From positions 7,323,573 to 7,387,572 of the forward strand of contig CM082594.2 of assembly GCA_040954595.2 (NCBI GenBank): DNA of 64,000 bases, read 5' to 3'. The DNA is from Balanoglossus misakiensis. Taxonomy: Eukaryota > Animalia > Hemichordata. The notes beneath the pieces are model-generated. The model saw only the letters and a list, made by a program, of their open reading frames with translations. It had not been told where the DNA came from and searched no databases. The first letter of the stretch is position 1, and each line of letters opens with the position of its first letter. Of the stretch, positions 26,782 to 64,000 are shown piece by piece. The position numbers were made by a program, and so were the translations under genes.

Positions 26782-27483
26782 CTATGATGGTTTCTTCTCT
26801 CGACAGAAAGTCCACTTTTCCAGGGTGTTGCTCAAGTTACTCTGAGCGTGCAGCGATGCGTCTTTACTGACCAAAGAATGTGCGATGTTTGTGAATTTCA
26901 GTTCAAACTGCAGTTTGCTGAGTTCGTGGAAAAGCTGGGCCCTGTCAATGTCGCCGCGCAGCTGCACGCCCCCGACTTCGTGGTACCACTGTCGCCCGGG
27001 CGTGCTCTGAATGATATCGGCCACGACGCCGAGGTTCTTCAAGACCACCTCGGAGCCGTAGATCTTGTACGAGTTCCCCCACGTCGAGTGCTTCTGGTAG
27101 ATGACTTCCACATAATCCGTGGTCTTGTCGAATTCCACATCCTTGCCGTCTCTCTCCTTCTGTAGTTCGTGCAGTGCCTCGATCAGCTCCGGTATCTGGA
27201 AGAAATCGGCCTCGATCGCCAGCGCGTCCCAATCCTTGAAGCCGGCAGGCAGGCCGAGTCTCGACGACCGCAGAAAATTCAGGATGTACCGGAAGAGCTC
27301 TCCGTCACGGTCGATGAAGTAGTTGCCCCGGTTGTCCTTTTGAGTCGGGATTCGACCGCTGAACATCGCCCCCAACATGGAGTCCGGGTAGATGTACAGG
27401 GTGGTCAAGGTCGTGGTGTAGACATACCCGCCGACATTCAGATACACCACTTGGGACGTGCTTGACTCTTTCTCGGTCTCCAT
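26782..27483 (-). CDS. KCTD6/11/21-like BTB(T1) protein, copy c (233 aa, intronless CDS, more divergent and GC-rich)
   Basis: LNVGGYVYTTTLTTL..YPDSMLGAMFSGRIPTQKDNRGNYFIDRDGELFRYILNFLR closely resembles the KCTD6/KCTD21 BTB; shares the C-terminal FELK..NI...EKW with copies a and b. Confidence 0.92.
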   Translation of the reverse strand: METEKESSTSQVVYLNVGGYVYTTTLTTLYIYPDSMLGAMFSGRIPTQKDNRGNYFIDRDGELFRYILNFLRSSRLGLPAGFKDWDALAIEADFFQIPELIEALHELQKERDGKDVEFDKTTDYVEVIYQKHSTWGNSYKIYGSEVVLKNLGVVADIIQSTPGRQWYHEVGGVQLRGDIDRAQLFHELSKLQFELKFTNIAHSLVSKDASLHAQSNLSNTLEKWTFCREKKPS

Positions 27484-28474
27484 GGTGACGAGAGCATCCG
27501 CCTCCCTCCGTGCATCACTCCCGGGGATTGTCTCAATGCTCGAGTTTCAACACAGCAGTCTCATAGTCTATTGTACACACAGAAATGACCTCAATAAGTA
27601 TAAACTGAAGACTCGGACACACTGCTGCACTGTCAGCAAACAAAGAATACAAGCAGAAACATGCCTCCATGCTTAAAACACTCCTATCCCTACATTTGAA
27701 ATAAAATATACGACAGGATTATGAAGGATTGAACTATGATGACATGGTGATTATATACGATAATTTCATTCCCTATGCCTCATTTGCAATTCAAAGGTCT
27801 TACATATCATAATCACAGAACACAATAGGTTAAACCAAGCCGCAGTAATGAGGGGTATGGTGAGGTTCTTGACATTGCAGGCGCAATACTGTCTATGGAC
27901 GAGCTGATCATGCATATCTACAGTAGACCCACCCACTGAATTAGTATGTAAACACAACTACGTTCTTTCACCCCATCTAAAATTTGCAATTTAACAAGAT
28001 AGCAACTGATGGCTATAGTTCAATTAACAGTTCAGTTGACCAAAGTGCAGGAGGCCTTATCACTTGACACCATCAATATTTTTCAAAACAACAATGAGGG
28101 TGGTATCAAGTAGAAGGGATATGCACTGAAACAAACTTGTTTAAGACGTGTTGTGTTGGGAGGGGATTTCAGTGCATCTGGGAGCTCATAAATGCATGTG
28201 ACAAGTAACCTTGTCTTGTAAGACAGACAGCAGTATCATTAATCTGTTGACACTTCCCTCCACTGAAGGACTGTGATATTACTTTATGAGTACAGTACAA
28301 TATTTGCCATCAGGTAACCCCAAGGTCATGAAATGACATACATGTACATGATGGTGAATGACACATATACTGCTAACAGTGGCTGAAATCTACCTGGCAC
28401 ATGTTATATGCGCCTTTCTTCAGTACACAAAGTTTCAATCGATATTTCTTCATCATACACTGCACATGAGGCTT

Positions 28475-28559
28475 ACGTGAAGTTAGCCTCATCCTCATCC
28501 TCAGCTTGTAAGATCACACGAAGATGAGGATGAAGCTGAGGCTGTTGCTAACTTCACGT
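28475..28559. repeat. 85-bp imperfect inverted repeat (hairpin)
   Basis: acgtgaagttagc-ctcatcctcatcctcagctt ... aagatgaggatgaagctgaggctgttgctaacttcacgt. Confidence 0.75.
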
Positions 28560-29003
28560 TTGTGCACACATGACTGTATAAATAATGAAACCCAAACATT
28601 CAAACTGACCACATTACAAAAAGAACCACTGCGCTTGTGTGAGCAGACAATACAAACCCTGCACATACTGTACACAGGTACTTGTTATCCCCAGGAAATT
28701 TTGATACAATAGTGACTAATCTAAATATGAATGCAAGTATTTTTTATGTTAATGTACATTGTTTTCATAACATACAGTCAAAATGGCTTCAAGTCAAATG
28801 GCCGTGTGATGGCGCACTTTCTTCACATGGCTAACCATTGAAAATCTTTGATTTATCTAAATTTCAACTTTCCTGATAATTGCGTAGGTGACTGTACAAT
28901 ACTTTTGAAGGGTAATTGCCAGTAATCTTTATAAACTGCTCAGTTTCCTATATAAATGAATTTAGGTGTCAAAATCGACAAATGAATACGGAAATGTCAA
29001 TAC

Positions 29004-29550
29004 CTGTTTAGTCGAGTCGGGTCACAGAAGTCGGTGAACGATAATACAGGCCTCAGACTCCCAGTTGACTCCGGGCGACATGCATCGGGCGTCGGCGAAG
29101 AACTTTGCAAACTGTACTTGTGTCAAGTGTGCAGCCCACCTTTTGGAATGTTAGTGAACACCGAAACGACTGTTTGCAGGTTGCCAGAGCCAACAATCAA
29201 CAATACATATGTACATACTACATGTACTGCATGCTCTCGACCTTGTCAAACATTATTGGCAGCTATGAGTCACCCGGAATGCGGAAGAGTCCAGACTATG
29301 GCAGTCTTCTTTACATTGGCTTTCTCACAGATCAATATTTTTTCTTTGGGTGTTATATAAAGTTTATACCTGTAACCAGTACAGCACTAAAACTTGGGTT
29401 TTTCGCAATTTGCCCTCTTCTCCATCAGCTGCATGCAATGGCCTCAGTTAACCCTTGACCCGGAAGTAGTTTACCGCCACCACCGGGAACTTTGGAGGTA
29501 ATCTTTTGTTTTTGTAATACAACCTCCCAGTCGCCGCCCGGACTATATCT
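29004..29550 (-). promoter_or_regulatory. Candidate CpG-rich promoter or non-coding first exon for the minus-strand KCTD/SNAPC5 block
   Basis: Local CpG enrichment (29010-29100, 29455-29550), ETS motif ccggaagt at about 29460, candidate donor cag|GTATTG at 29004/29003. Confidence 0.4.
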
Positions 29551-30973
29551 CGTACATGCAAATACATAGAGAGAACTTGCAACCAACAACCACACAAACA
29601 GCACAATGAATATACACACAACCACCAGCTGCAAATAGAAAACAAATCCTTTATTATCCAAAAGATTTCTCACTAAAATTAACTGAGTGAGCTCACATGA
29701 TACCTAAAATATGGTTGTGTCACTTGATTAACATACTGCTCTCATTTCACATAATCAAAGCTCCACTTCAACATTTGCCACCAACACTACAGTCTTGGAA
29801 GTTGCCATGGTAACAATTAGTAAAGCATAGATGTAAATAAAAAATATTATAAGCAGTGTCTAAACACAAAACTCTTATCTACTATTATGGAACAAATAAA
29901 ATAAGATTCAGAAACGCTCTTTATGTTGTTTTTAAATTTATTTGTAAACTTACTGGAAGCTAGGAATTCTAGTTAAGTACGGTAAAAATAAAACTATTGG
30001 TTTAATAATAAAATGTAGTCAAAAAACAACTAGAGTTCTTGGGAGTTGATACAAAAACACTGCAATTTTTTTGCCTTGGACATTCATGGTTTCTGTCAAG
30101 TCAGGTAATTGAATAAAATCAATAATAGCAATGCTATAATCTGGGTAAAAATGTGATTTCTATCATCTGCTCATGTTATTGCTACTTGTAGTTATCTACA
30201 CCTTCCTGCTATCATTGTTGAAACTTAATTATTTTTGTTCATGACAGCTGGTTTTTGCTGATAGAAATTAATTAACAGTAGGTTAAAACTGGCCATTACA
30301 CATGATTTTGGCCAACAATGTCATGTTGCTATTATGTAAAGAACCTGTCATACTATACTTATTACCATCAATGATTACCCCCAGTTTACACACAGTATTA
30401 TACACTTGAAAAATGATATGCTATTTATGAATTGTTATGATTGGGTACTCCTAGTTTAAAGCATCTCCTTGTACTGCAAACATGCTGTAAATACTCCTAA
30501 ATGCAGACATAGAAATGAAGGAACCACAATTGTGGCAAGCGTCTCGTTATCTAAAGCACAGCATTTCCAATCATTTCGGTCATTCCTTCTAATGTCTTTG
30601 CATTCTATATGTTCACTGTCTCAAATTTGTAATCAGAAAACGTCAAAATGCAGCAGCTTTGGAGAATTCCTCACAGTAGGCACAAGATCACCGTGATTTC
30701 CAATGGTTGCCTAGCAACTCAGCTTCAGATCTTGCTGCTCTATTGCAAAGAGGAAAGCCTATCCCAGTTGTAAATATCTAATGTGCGTTGGGTGGTCTCC
30801 GGGGCGTAGGTATAATAAACACAGTCTATAGCATGCTATCCAGTGTTCACTCCTTTGTTTCCAATAACAGTGCAAGTAGGTGAGTTAGTTTTTCATTCTC
30901 TTTTTATATAAAGTCTTTGATTCAATATCTTTGGTCCTTGGACAACAAAATTCCTCCTCAGGGTTGTCACATT

Positions 30974-31547
<574 letters not shown>

Positions 31548-33574
31548 TCATCAACACTTTCAATAAGCCACACACTGGTCTCAGCCGAATGATAACTTTT
31601 AAAAGCTGTCCCTCAACGGCAACAAGCTCAATTCTTTTGTTTGGGCTGTTTAGCTTGGTACGTCTAGCAACAGAACTGTCTGCCCCAAAAAAGTGTTGCA
31701 AGTGTAATTCACGCTTTGGTATGCCATCAGTAACACCATTGATTCTTTGGAAGACATCTTCCTGCAGGTGGATGAATTATTGAGCCGACCTTACCTGGAT
31801 TTTCAGTTCCACTAAATAACAGACAAAGAAAAAGGCACAGACAGACAGACCAAGCAAGACAGACATTCAACTTCCAATGCTGTTGCAAAAACAAGCATTC
31901 CTTTATTATCAAGAGAAAAAAACTGATTACAAATATACTGTGAGTGGCATGGCAACAAATGTTAAGGTGTATCCACAGTCAGCATTTAGACGACTACAGT
32001 GTATCATACTCCTCAACAGAATGTCTTTCAAGTAACAGTCAGGTCACGCCCTTTGACCTCGCTGGCTCATGGGTAATGACCTCATTTGATAGTTCAAAGT
32101 CACACTACCCTTGTTGTAAATAAAGAATATACTCTTTCTTTTAAAAAACACATTATTTCCAAATCTGAACGTGTTTATTTTTCATGCCAATTATTTAGTA
32201 TCTCATCACCCTCAAACTGCACAAATTTGTGAACATTTTTCACAGTGGTACTTTTATTATGAATTTGACTGTTAATTTTACTAAAATGTGATTCAGGCAT
32301 TTCTTCGCTTCCCTCTTCCACCAAAAGTAATGTCAAACATTTGCTTCCAACAAACAAAAAATAGCTATCACAATGGCACCCTTCTTGAAGTAATAAGTTT
32401 AAACAAAAGAAATTGATGGCAGAATATGGTAAATTTTTTGGTACTTTTGAAGTTTTTCTTGGTTGCCAACAAAAAAGTAAATAAAATTTAAATGTTAAGA
32501 TAAAAAATTTCTGCTAAACTTCTATACATAATAAAGTCTGCCTACTGTTTTACAAAATAACGTTTTTTTGTTTCATATTGAAACCCACATACGTGAAACA
32601 AAACTACACAAACACACATGGAACAAGTACATTTCATAAAAAAATAACATTAAATTACTGCTGTTTTTGTTGCCGATTTCTCTGCTTCCGTGCTATTGAC
32701 CCCTTTGAACTCTGACCCCACGGTGACTTATGACACACAGAGTTCAAAGATCAAAAGCCATGACAAAATATTCATTTTCATGCACACGCCACACATTTGT
32801 AAAAGTACCCCTCCCCTGTTCAGTTGAGCACTGTGTTCCTGTCTCATAAGTTACCGTTCTGAAAAAAGGCCTATTTCATCATATGGATGTGTATTATAGC
32901 ATTTCAAAACTTATGTGCAGCACTGAAAAACTGTGCCAAAGCTCGAAACCCATCAACGCTGCAAAGATCAACTCAGTCCACTTTCTCACAGAAAACCATG
33001 TCAAAGGAATCTCCACAGACAAAAAACCACCTGGGGCAATCTTCTCAGTCCCTCTGTGGTTTGGTTTCACGTTTAAAATATCAGTTTGTGCTTCTTTATT
33101 TTCACAAACGAAGTCAGTTTTGTTCACATGCTAACACATAGAGAAATTCCCCTGGATTGTTTTGTTAGACATACACACCATTTCACATGTGCACTGATTG
33201 AGAATGAACCTGCGTATTAGGGGCGAGGAATGGAATGTGCAAAATGGCTGATTCTCTGGTTCAGTTCTACGGACCACATGACTAGTCTACATTTTAAAGG
33301 TCAAAGGTCAAGCAGTTAAGGAATTAGTATGTGGTCCAAATGTATTCAAAGTACTAAACAAACTGGATGATAACCAATCTGGAAAATAACCAGTTCTTGG
33401 TTAACTCTTGTAAAGACAAAACAAAGACAGTTACTTGGACTGGTTTTGACTACCTTGCATTGGTAGGTAAATTGTAACTTACGGCAACCAACCAATACAC
33501 TAACTAGTGATGACAGCACTTGACTGTTGTATCATGTCACAAATCAGTACCAATTACTGAGACAATAATACATG

Positions 33575-33780
33575 ATTTTCCACTCATTGTGAGATCTTGC
33601 AAGATTTAGTTAATCACCGTAGCAACCGGTTGCTAGCCAAGTAAGGTGCAGACTTCAACCTTAATAGTAAATTTTGCGCCATTTAACAAAACAGGCTGTG
33701 TGTTGTTTATCCTGTGAGAGTGTCCCCCCACATAAACTGCCTTCGCTTGATCTTGCAAGATCTCATTGAGTTCGGAAAAT
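33575..33780. mobile_element. Degenerate MITE-like element with about 30-bp terminal inverted repeats
   Basis: attttccactcattgtgagatcttgcaagat ... atcttgcaagatctcattgagttcggaaaat; TSD not resolved. Confidence 0.55.
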
Positions 33781-33889
33781 GGTCTAATGCCAACTTATAG
33801 CCAGCTAGCACTTATGATAATGAGGCGTTGATTAAATGGTTAACTAACATAACCAATTATTAGCAGAGAACAGAAACACCAGTTATTAA

Positions 33890-33974
33890 CTCTTTCACCC
33901 CCAGTTCCCTTTTTGGAGGTCCAACCTTACCATAGAAAACAATGGGTTTGGACTGAACCATGGTGGTGAAAGGG
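33890..33974. mobile_element. 85-bp piggyBac-type mini-MITE, second copy
   Basis: ttaa|ctctttcacccccagttcc...aatgggtttggactgaaccatggtggtgaaaggg|tcaa; highly similar to 20783-20867. Confidence 0.75.
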
Positions 33975-35369
33975 TCAAAATGACAATCCACTAATAATAA
34001 CCCTGTTTACTACAAATAACGGCAGAAAAAAACGGGAAACACTGAAAGCCGAGTATATTGACAGTCAGATATATATTTATGTAGACACGTGATGTTTTCA
34101 TCTCAAGCTATCAGAGTCCACACAGTGTCTTTATAATAGCACCCATCATTTGACTGCCCAAAACTCTTACACTTTGTGAATTTTTTTTCAAATTTTGAGT
34201 CAATGAATAAAATGGATTTCTTTGAAGGAAAAGTGTAATTAATGGGCTTATGCTCTGCGGACTATACAAGCAGCCCAGTCACATATAGCAACCACTATTA
34301 AAACCTACCCCAGGCAGCCTGTGATGTATTTCTGGAAAAATTTTCAGTGACTGGTTAAATCGCCACATGACACATGGTTCAGAAAGATATGGCTAAAAAC
34401 AAAATGAAGATCTTCCTTCCCAAGATTTCAAATTAAGACTTGAAATACCCGACTTCACTTTGCAATCCCCAAAAAAGATTACACCGGAATATGATTTGTT
34501 TAAAAGAGACAACTTTTTCGAGCTAGGAGCTCGAGGCATGACTGCACCAGGAAATTGCTTCTACCCGAAATTGCCATGGCCTTCCGTGTACAATGCTACA
34601 GAATCAAAAAGTTTATGTTTGTTTATCTACGTCTCGCTAGATTCACCAGCTACCAAACATGGTTACACCATGTTTTAGCAAAACCTGATGAACATCAACG
34701 CTTGAGTCATCAGTCTTTCATTGTTCCGTGATGTGAGTTCATCTCGCTCACTTGTCGTTCCACCAAACATCATTTTACAGACTACAACAATATCAAAATA
34801 CATACAAGAAAAATAGACCAGTCTTTTCAGTTTCTTTTTTTTCTTCTGCTTTCTGCTTTGGGCACATTTTCAAGCTTATGTCCAGTCAGAGAACTTTTTA
34901 AAAAAAGGATTTGCATTCTTGTTGAAGCTAAATCTCATCCAGTCCATCTTGCCAAAATGAGGAACATGTCATTGTCGCAAATTCATCTTCTGTGTCGGGA
35001 AACAAGTTTCCTTTTCAATTTTAGAGATCCATGTTTGTGGTTAACTTGCTTGCAAGTTTGAAGCCTCTCTTTGTGTTCTTAGGTGACAAAATCACCACAG
35101 CAACAGTAGATGCCTCTCCATGGTAACAGCTGCTGCCTAGCAACTGAGTCTCAGATGACAGGTTTCCATAGTAACAGTAGACAGCCACTGTCAATGCATC
35201 ACTGAGAAGAATCCAGCTAAAAGGGCAATGCACTATACACAATTCTGACAATTTTTGAACCCTCGCTCATCATAGTTTTTAAAAAGTATTAGCATTGTTT
35301 GTTTTCTATCTGTGTTTGCTGTTGCACAGGTATATTTTGATTTCATTCGAGTTTTTTTTTTGTCTGTGA

Positions 35370-58974
<23,605 letters not shown>

Positions 58975-61900
58975 CTAGTAGACGCAGGCCACCCTCAGGT
59001 GGAAACACGATGCCACAGATAAGATAATCTCCAAGAATAAAACCTGTCCGTCAGTCAGAACCGTGTGATGCACTTTTGTCCACCCCCCTTTTCTGGCAAG
59101 ACGACTCACGAGTCAAACACCAGGAAATAAAAATCCCAGAAGGCCATCAATTAATTCTCTTTGACAAAGAGTGCATCCGGTTGACAAGTTCATTGAATAT
59201 TTAGGTCCGTTCATGAGCATCACGAGAAAGGCATTTGTGCAATACAAACGTGTTTACAGACCAATAGCATAATCGCAGGAGGAAAATCATGTGCAAAAGA
59301 CCTACTCTGGAATTAAATGCTGCATTCTGCCTGCTGTAGTCCTTGAAGATATGTACCAATATATTTCACGTGCATGTACACAGGAAATTGCTGAATAGCA
59401 TATTTCTATGGTCCGTTTAATACACACCAGCCTTAGAAAAGCCCATTTGGAAACTTACATCCTCAACTATATGTTTGATGGAAACACCCAAATGTGGTTT
59501 TGATTTCACTGAGATTTTAATATCTTTTATCACTTCCTGTACAGATCTGACCGCATGGCCATTTTAACACGACTGAAGCACCAATGGTTTTTAAGTGTCA
59601 ACCAAAGTATGTCATATCAAATACACAACAGTCAAATAAATCTCCCATTTTTAAATTTAATTTACTTTAATTTTATTCTAATTTAACCCCTCCGTAAACA
59701 AAACTGGATTCAATTTGTTTCAATCGTCACAGAACACACTACAGCCACACGCCTTAAACATAATCGTCGGCACGAGAGAACATATGAACCTCGCAAATGA
59801 ATTTGACATTCAAGCTTAAATACCTTCATCCCTGACATTTAGCTGTCACAATACATCAACGCATCAAACACGATTAAATACACCTACATACAATATTGTG
59901 AGTACATCAATACATCAAACACAATTAAAGGTAGCACTGCGTACTGCCTGCGCCATTTTTTTCTTCAGAGCAACAGCTTACAATGTAGTTCTTTTTACCG
60001 TTCAATTTAAAAATATTTCACCACGGGTAAAATCCCACACCCACAGAAAAACTATCACAAAAGGTACTCACTGAACAAAATGTCATTTCCTTTTTATGCA
60101 ATATTGCCGTAGCAACACCTAGTCTTTTCACAAAACTTGCAATTGTAACACAAACAAAATGTAAAATCCCTTATATATCCTAACATGTACCACTTCCTCG
60201 TAACCAATGTCATTACTTTTTAAGAATACGGCAAAGTATTTCAATTCAAGATACTTGTATCCATAATAGGCCAGTGGCCTGATATATATCTTGTGTGAAG
60301 ACACTGTCCTTTTTCAAGAGAATATGTCAGTCACATGTTCTAAGTTATGCGTCAGTTTCAGCGAGGCTACTTAAGTCTGGAGAGGACAATTCCCAAGAAA
60401 TATGAATAGAATGATGAAAATGCCATCTCTTCCTTTCCCTATACATGTACTTCTTGAACGTTGTCATTATGTATTTGAATTAGTCTTTGTGGGTGGACTA
60501 CCCCAAGATTAAATCAGTGACGTAAAATGATAAGGTCACATGTTAGTTCATGGAATAAACACATGCCCTCATGTACATGAAACATACACAGGCAGGCGCG
60601 GGCACTGCTAGATTTTACAGAAATTTGATTAAATTTACTTGGCAGTGAACTCTAAGAGCAAGACGGAAGGGGTTAATTTTAGCTGAGCTTTTAGAGAAAT
60701 CCCTTGTGATACAGTCACCAGAAGCCCGACTGGGTCAGCTCAGGTGATCTACGTTACAACATCACCCCATTTTCTGTTATTTTAAAATCTCAGCAGCCCC
60801 GGGCCGGTAAAAATTACACTTGCAGGTGAATTTCACACAACCAAAGTTTTGTAACTTTTTTTCTGGGGGCCATCGGGCTACGACGGGCTGTTATGTTTTT
60901 CTTACACAGGTTCAAATCTTTCTGGAATTTCTACAGAGACAAAGTTGCGTTATCCATCCCCAAGTTTTCAGAGAAAGACTCCAATGAACAACAGGGGTTA
61001 GTCTGTCTAAGTTTGTCAATTCTACTCCTCACGTTCCCCACATTTCACAAAGAAACCAGCAGCAGCAACAGAATTATTTTTCATTAAAAAAAAACGTTAT
61101 TTCCGCTACTGCCATTTGAATCCACTGCTCGTGACAAACACACGATCAACAAAATATTCCTTCAAAAAATTTCAGACAAAAGAACACACAAACCGGCAGC
61201 CTTCATGCAGATTCAGAAATTCTTGACGACATTTGGGCGGAAATATTTCAGGCTCAGCTCTTTGGTGGTCCCCCAATCCGTTGATTAAATTCTCGCACCA
61301 TTACTTACGTGCCAGTGCCTACAACAACTCGGATCAAAGCGCCAATAAATCCATCGAACGTCCCGTCCACAAGACGTCTTCGGTCTTCACTGGTCACGCT
61401 CAAAACTAGCTCATGCAGTAATCTATCGGTCTGCAACCTGACACGTAAGCTCTCTAAAACACACATTTTATTGCAAGCAGGACTGTCTGGGTGGTTTTTT
61501 TTTTACTGCAGAAAGTGCAAATAACCCCCATCTTTGACGTGGGACGCGAACTCGTATCATTGCCCAAGCAGTGCAGTGACCTCAGGGCGTGTACACACAC
61601 CTAATCAACATGAGCCTCAAGTTGACCTCGACATGAGGTCGCGCATAATGCAGTCCATAAAGCTTTAAACACAACACAATCAACCAATGGCTGCCTGTAA
61701 TCACTGGACACAGCCACCCAACTGACACTGAAGTAAAAAAAGACAGCAGACCGAGTACGAGAAACAGATTTCCAAGAGAGAGAAAATGCACCACAAGCAG
61801 CAACTCAAAAGCCACAGCTTGACTGACTGACTGACTGACTAAATTGCATGATTCATGAGCACACCAAAAGTGTAACTATGGTAATCCACTCCAATCCAAT

Positions 61901-64000
61901 TTTCCACGCTGGATGTGGCTGTGCTATTATTTCAGTCCCTAATGATTCAGAAGAGAGAGTTAAGTTGGCACTTTCAAACCGATTCCAACATGGTCTGAGA
62001 CACTTCACATTTCAACTAGCAGTACCAATATGTTTTTGAGAAAAGAGAGTATTAATTTTAATGGAAATATGGTGGTTCAAACTGTGCCACAAATAAATTT
62101 ATGAGAGATTATAGCCGTATATTACATTTGTCTGACTATGGCTGAATTTAGAAACAGTGGCAATACCATGTTTTTCAGTCTACCAAGGTATTAATACCCC
62201 ATTTGTGCAACATCATTCTTCACATAACTTGTCACAAATGGATAAAGTCCCCCCTAAAATTGCATGTAATAGACCAACACAGAGGTACAATGTTTTATTG
62301 TTCTTTTCATCAAATCGATTTTTCTAATCTTTAACAGAGTAAGACTACTATATACCTGTTTAGCATGCATAGTTTTACTTGCGTCACATGAGAACTTGAA
62401 GGATGAAAGTCAAGTTCAAGAACTAAATACTCTTGGTATTTTGCTGATGGTAAACATCACTTTAGGTCAAGGGCTGTTAATTCATTAGCATGAGCAAGAA
62501 TCTTGTTGACATCGAAAACAGAGGAACACTCCAGTCAATTTCACCAGACAAAAGTCAATTCAGACCAAAGCCACGCTATGATAGCTACGAAAAAAGCTCT
62601 AAAAGTCAGAGAAATCCAAAAGGATTTTACAAATTAAGCAAGGATATCTTACGTGCAAATAGCGCCCCCATGCTCCTTTATAGTGTATGCAGTCACTGTG
62701 AAGGACAAGGTTGATTCTGTTTCCCTTGGATTTCTCAGAAAACATTCAGATAATAGCCAAAATTACAGGATACAACACAATACCCTAACCTTTGTGAAAT
62801 AACTGACCCCGTAATATGACAAATAATAGCCCACTGTTTCTTTACACTGTGAAAGTAAAATTACCACCAAAGTGGGATCTGACACATTAAAGGCTTCAGT
62901 GCTACCTGAAGCCCATATGTACACCATGTATCTAATTACCAGAGTTATTGGCATTATTGCTGGGTAATTGTTTATCATTGCTATTATTAGACATAAATTA
63001 CATCTGGTTTCCAGAGGTTATCAATACAATATTGATTGCAGCTTTGCGCTTCCGTTGGTACATGAAGCATAATTAGCCAAGACAATAAACAAAATTTTCA
63101 TTGTTTCTCAATAAAAAAATTAGCTTCAATACAACGTTCTCCTACAATGGCAGTTTTAACAAGTAAACCACTGCAAATCGTTCCTTCATAATATCGATCA
63201 CAGAGTAGGTGACAATACCTGAATTATCTTGTGTGCCAGCGATGGTTTCTAGCCGTTCTTAACAGTTTCCAGCAACATTCCGGCTACAAAGCCTTTGCCA
63301 TGAGAATCACAGCGAAACCGAACACAGCTGGAGTGACCTCTGGCGTCCTTGTCTGTTGCCAATTTCCATTTCACTCAAAGTGCTCGACGGGTTCAATTCA
63401 GACATGTAGGCACAATTCAACAGTAAACAACCACCCCAGGCTGATCTGAAACTCACGACATTCAGACTTTATGCAAATAAAACCCAAATCTTGCTAAATA
63501 GGGACGCATCCGTTTAACCCAACCCCAAAAGCCTTCATCAAATTAATTCAAAGGTTAGCCTCAAGGATGTGGTTTACCGAAACTGTCTTCAGATTACTAA
63601 AATCACGACTAGTGTGCACTGTTTTATCGCCAATCTCAGTGAAGCATACATATGGAGGCAGCCATCTTGGAAAAAAAACATGTCCAATAGTGACAGCCAC
63701 AGTAGACAACTAACACCTGGACAACTCGCATTTTCTCAGTGATTTCATGACTGAAGAATTACAGCTATTTATGGTATGGTTAATTTTATTATTTCATTCC
63801 AGGTTATCGCGGCGGAAATTCAATCCAGAACAGAAGATCGTTCCATCTTATCAGTGGAGAAATTCAATCCGAAATAAAACATGTTGCATTGTGCTGTGTA
63901 TGCTAACACATTCTGGTGGTGATGGATTCCAAACAATACACAAATGGGCCGTACTTCACTGTACAAGAAAGTACTTTGTAAAAAGAATGGAGAAAAGTAA

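Noticed and set aside
58975-64000. First Smad2/3 coding exon (KAVKSLVKKLK-type MH1 start)
   Set aside because: Not found by eye or in the ORF track; the region looks intronic and the exon presumably lies beyond the window.

Overview
Animal (not prokaryotic) genomic DNA, probably a non-vertebrate deuterostome (inferred from the single Smad2/3-type gene and GT-AG exon structure). Bases 1-14.1 kb are a homogeneous 87-bp tandem satellite (about 162 copies) that ends in diverged monomers and an orientation flip. The giant ORFs on both strands there come from the 29-codon period and are not treated as genes. A compact gene cluster follows: LysM-domain LYSMD1/2-like (-), TFIIA-gamma GTF2A2 (+), SNAPC5 (-) and three intronless KCTD6/11/21-like BTB genes (-). 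The rest is the 3' part of a Smad2/3 gene (-; first coding exon beyond the window). The main finding is that this gene has two intact tandem copies of its last two MH2 exons, giving alternative tails ([11 protein letters not shown] vs canonical [11 protein letters not shown]). The copies show a gene-conversion-like patch and share a 3'UTR motif. There is also a candidate internal first exon for an MH1-less isoform. A complete 6846-bp hAT-like transposon (TAGGG TIRs, 7-bp TSD, intact transposase frame, nested piggyBac-type MITE, CTCF motif) lies in a Smad intron, and several TTAA-flanked MITEs are scattered through the window. All gene models were spliced by hand; no database search was run.
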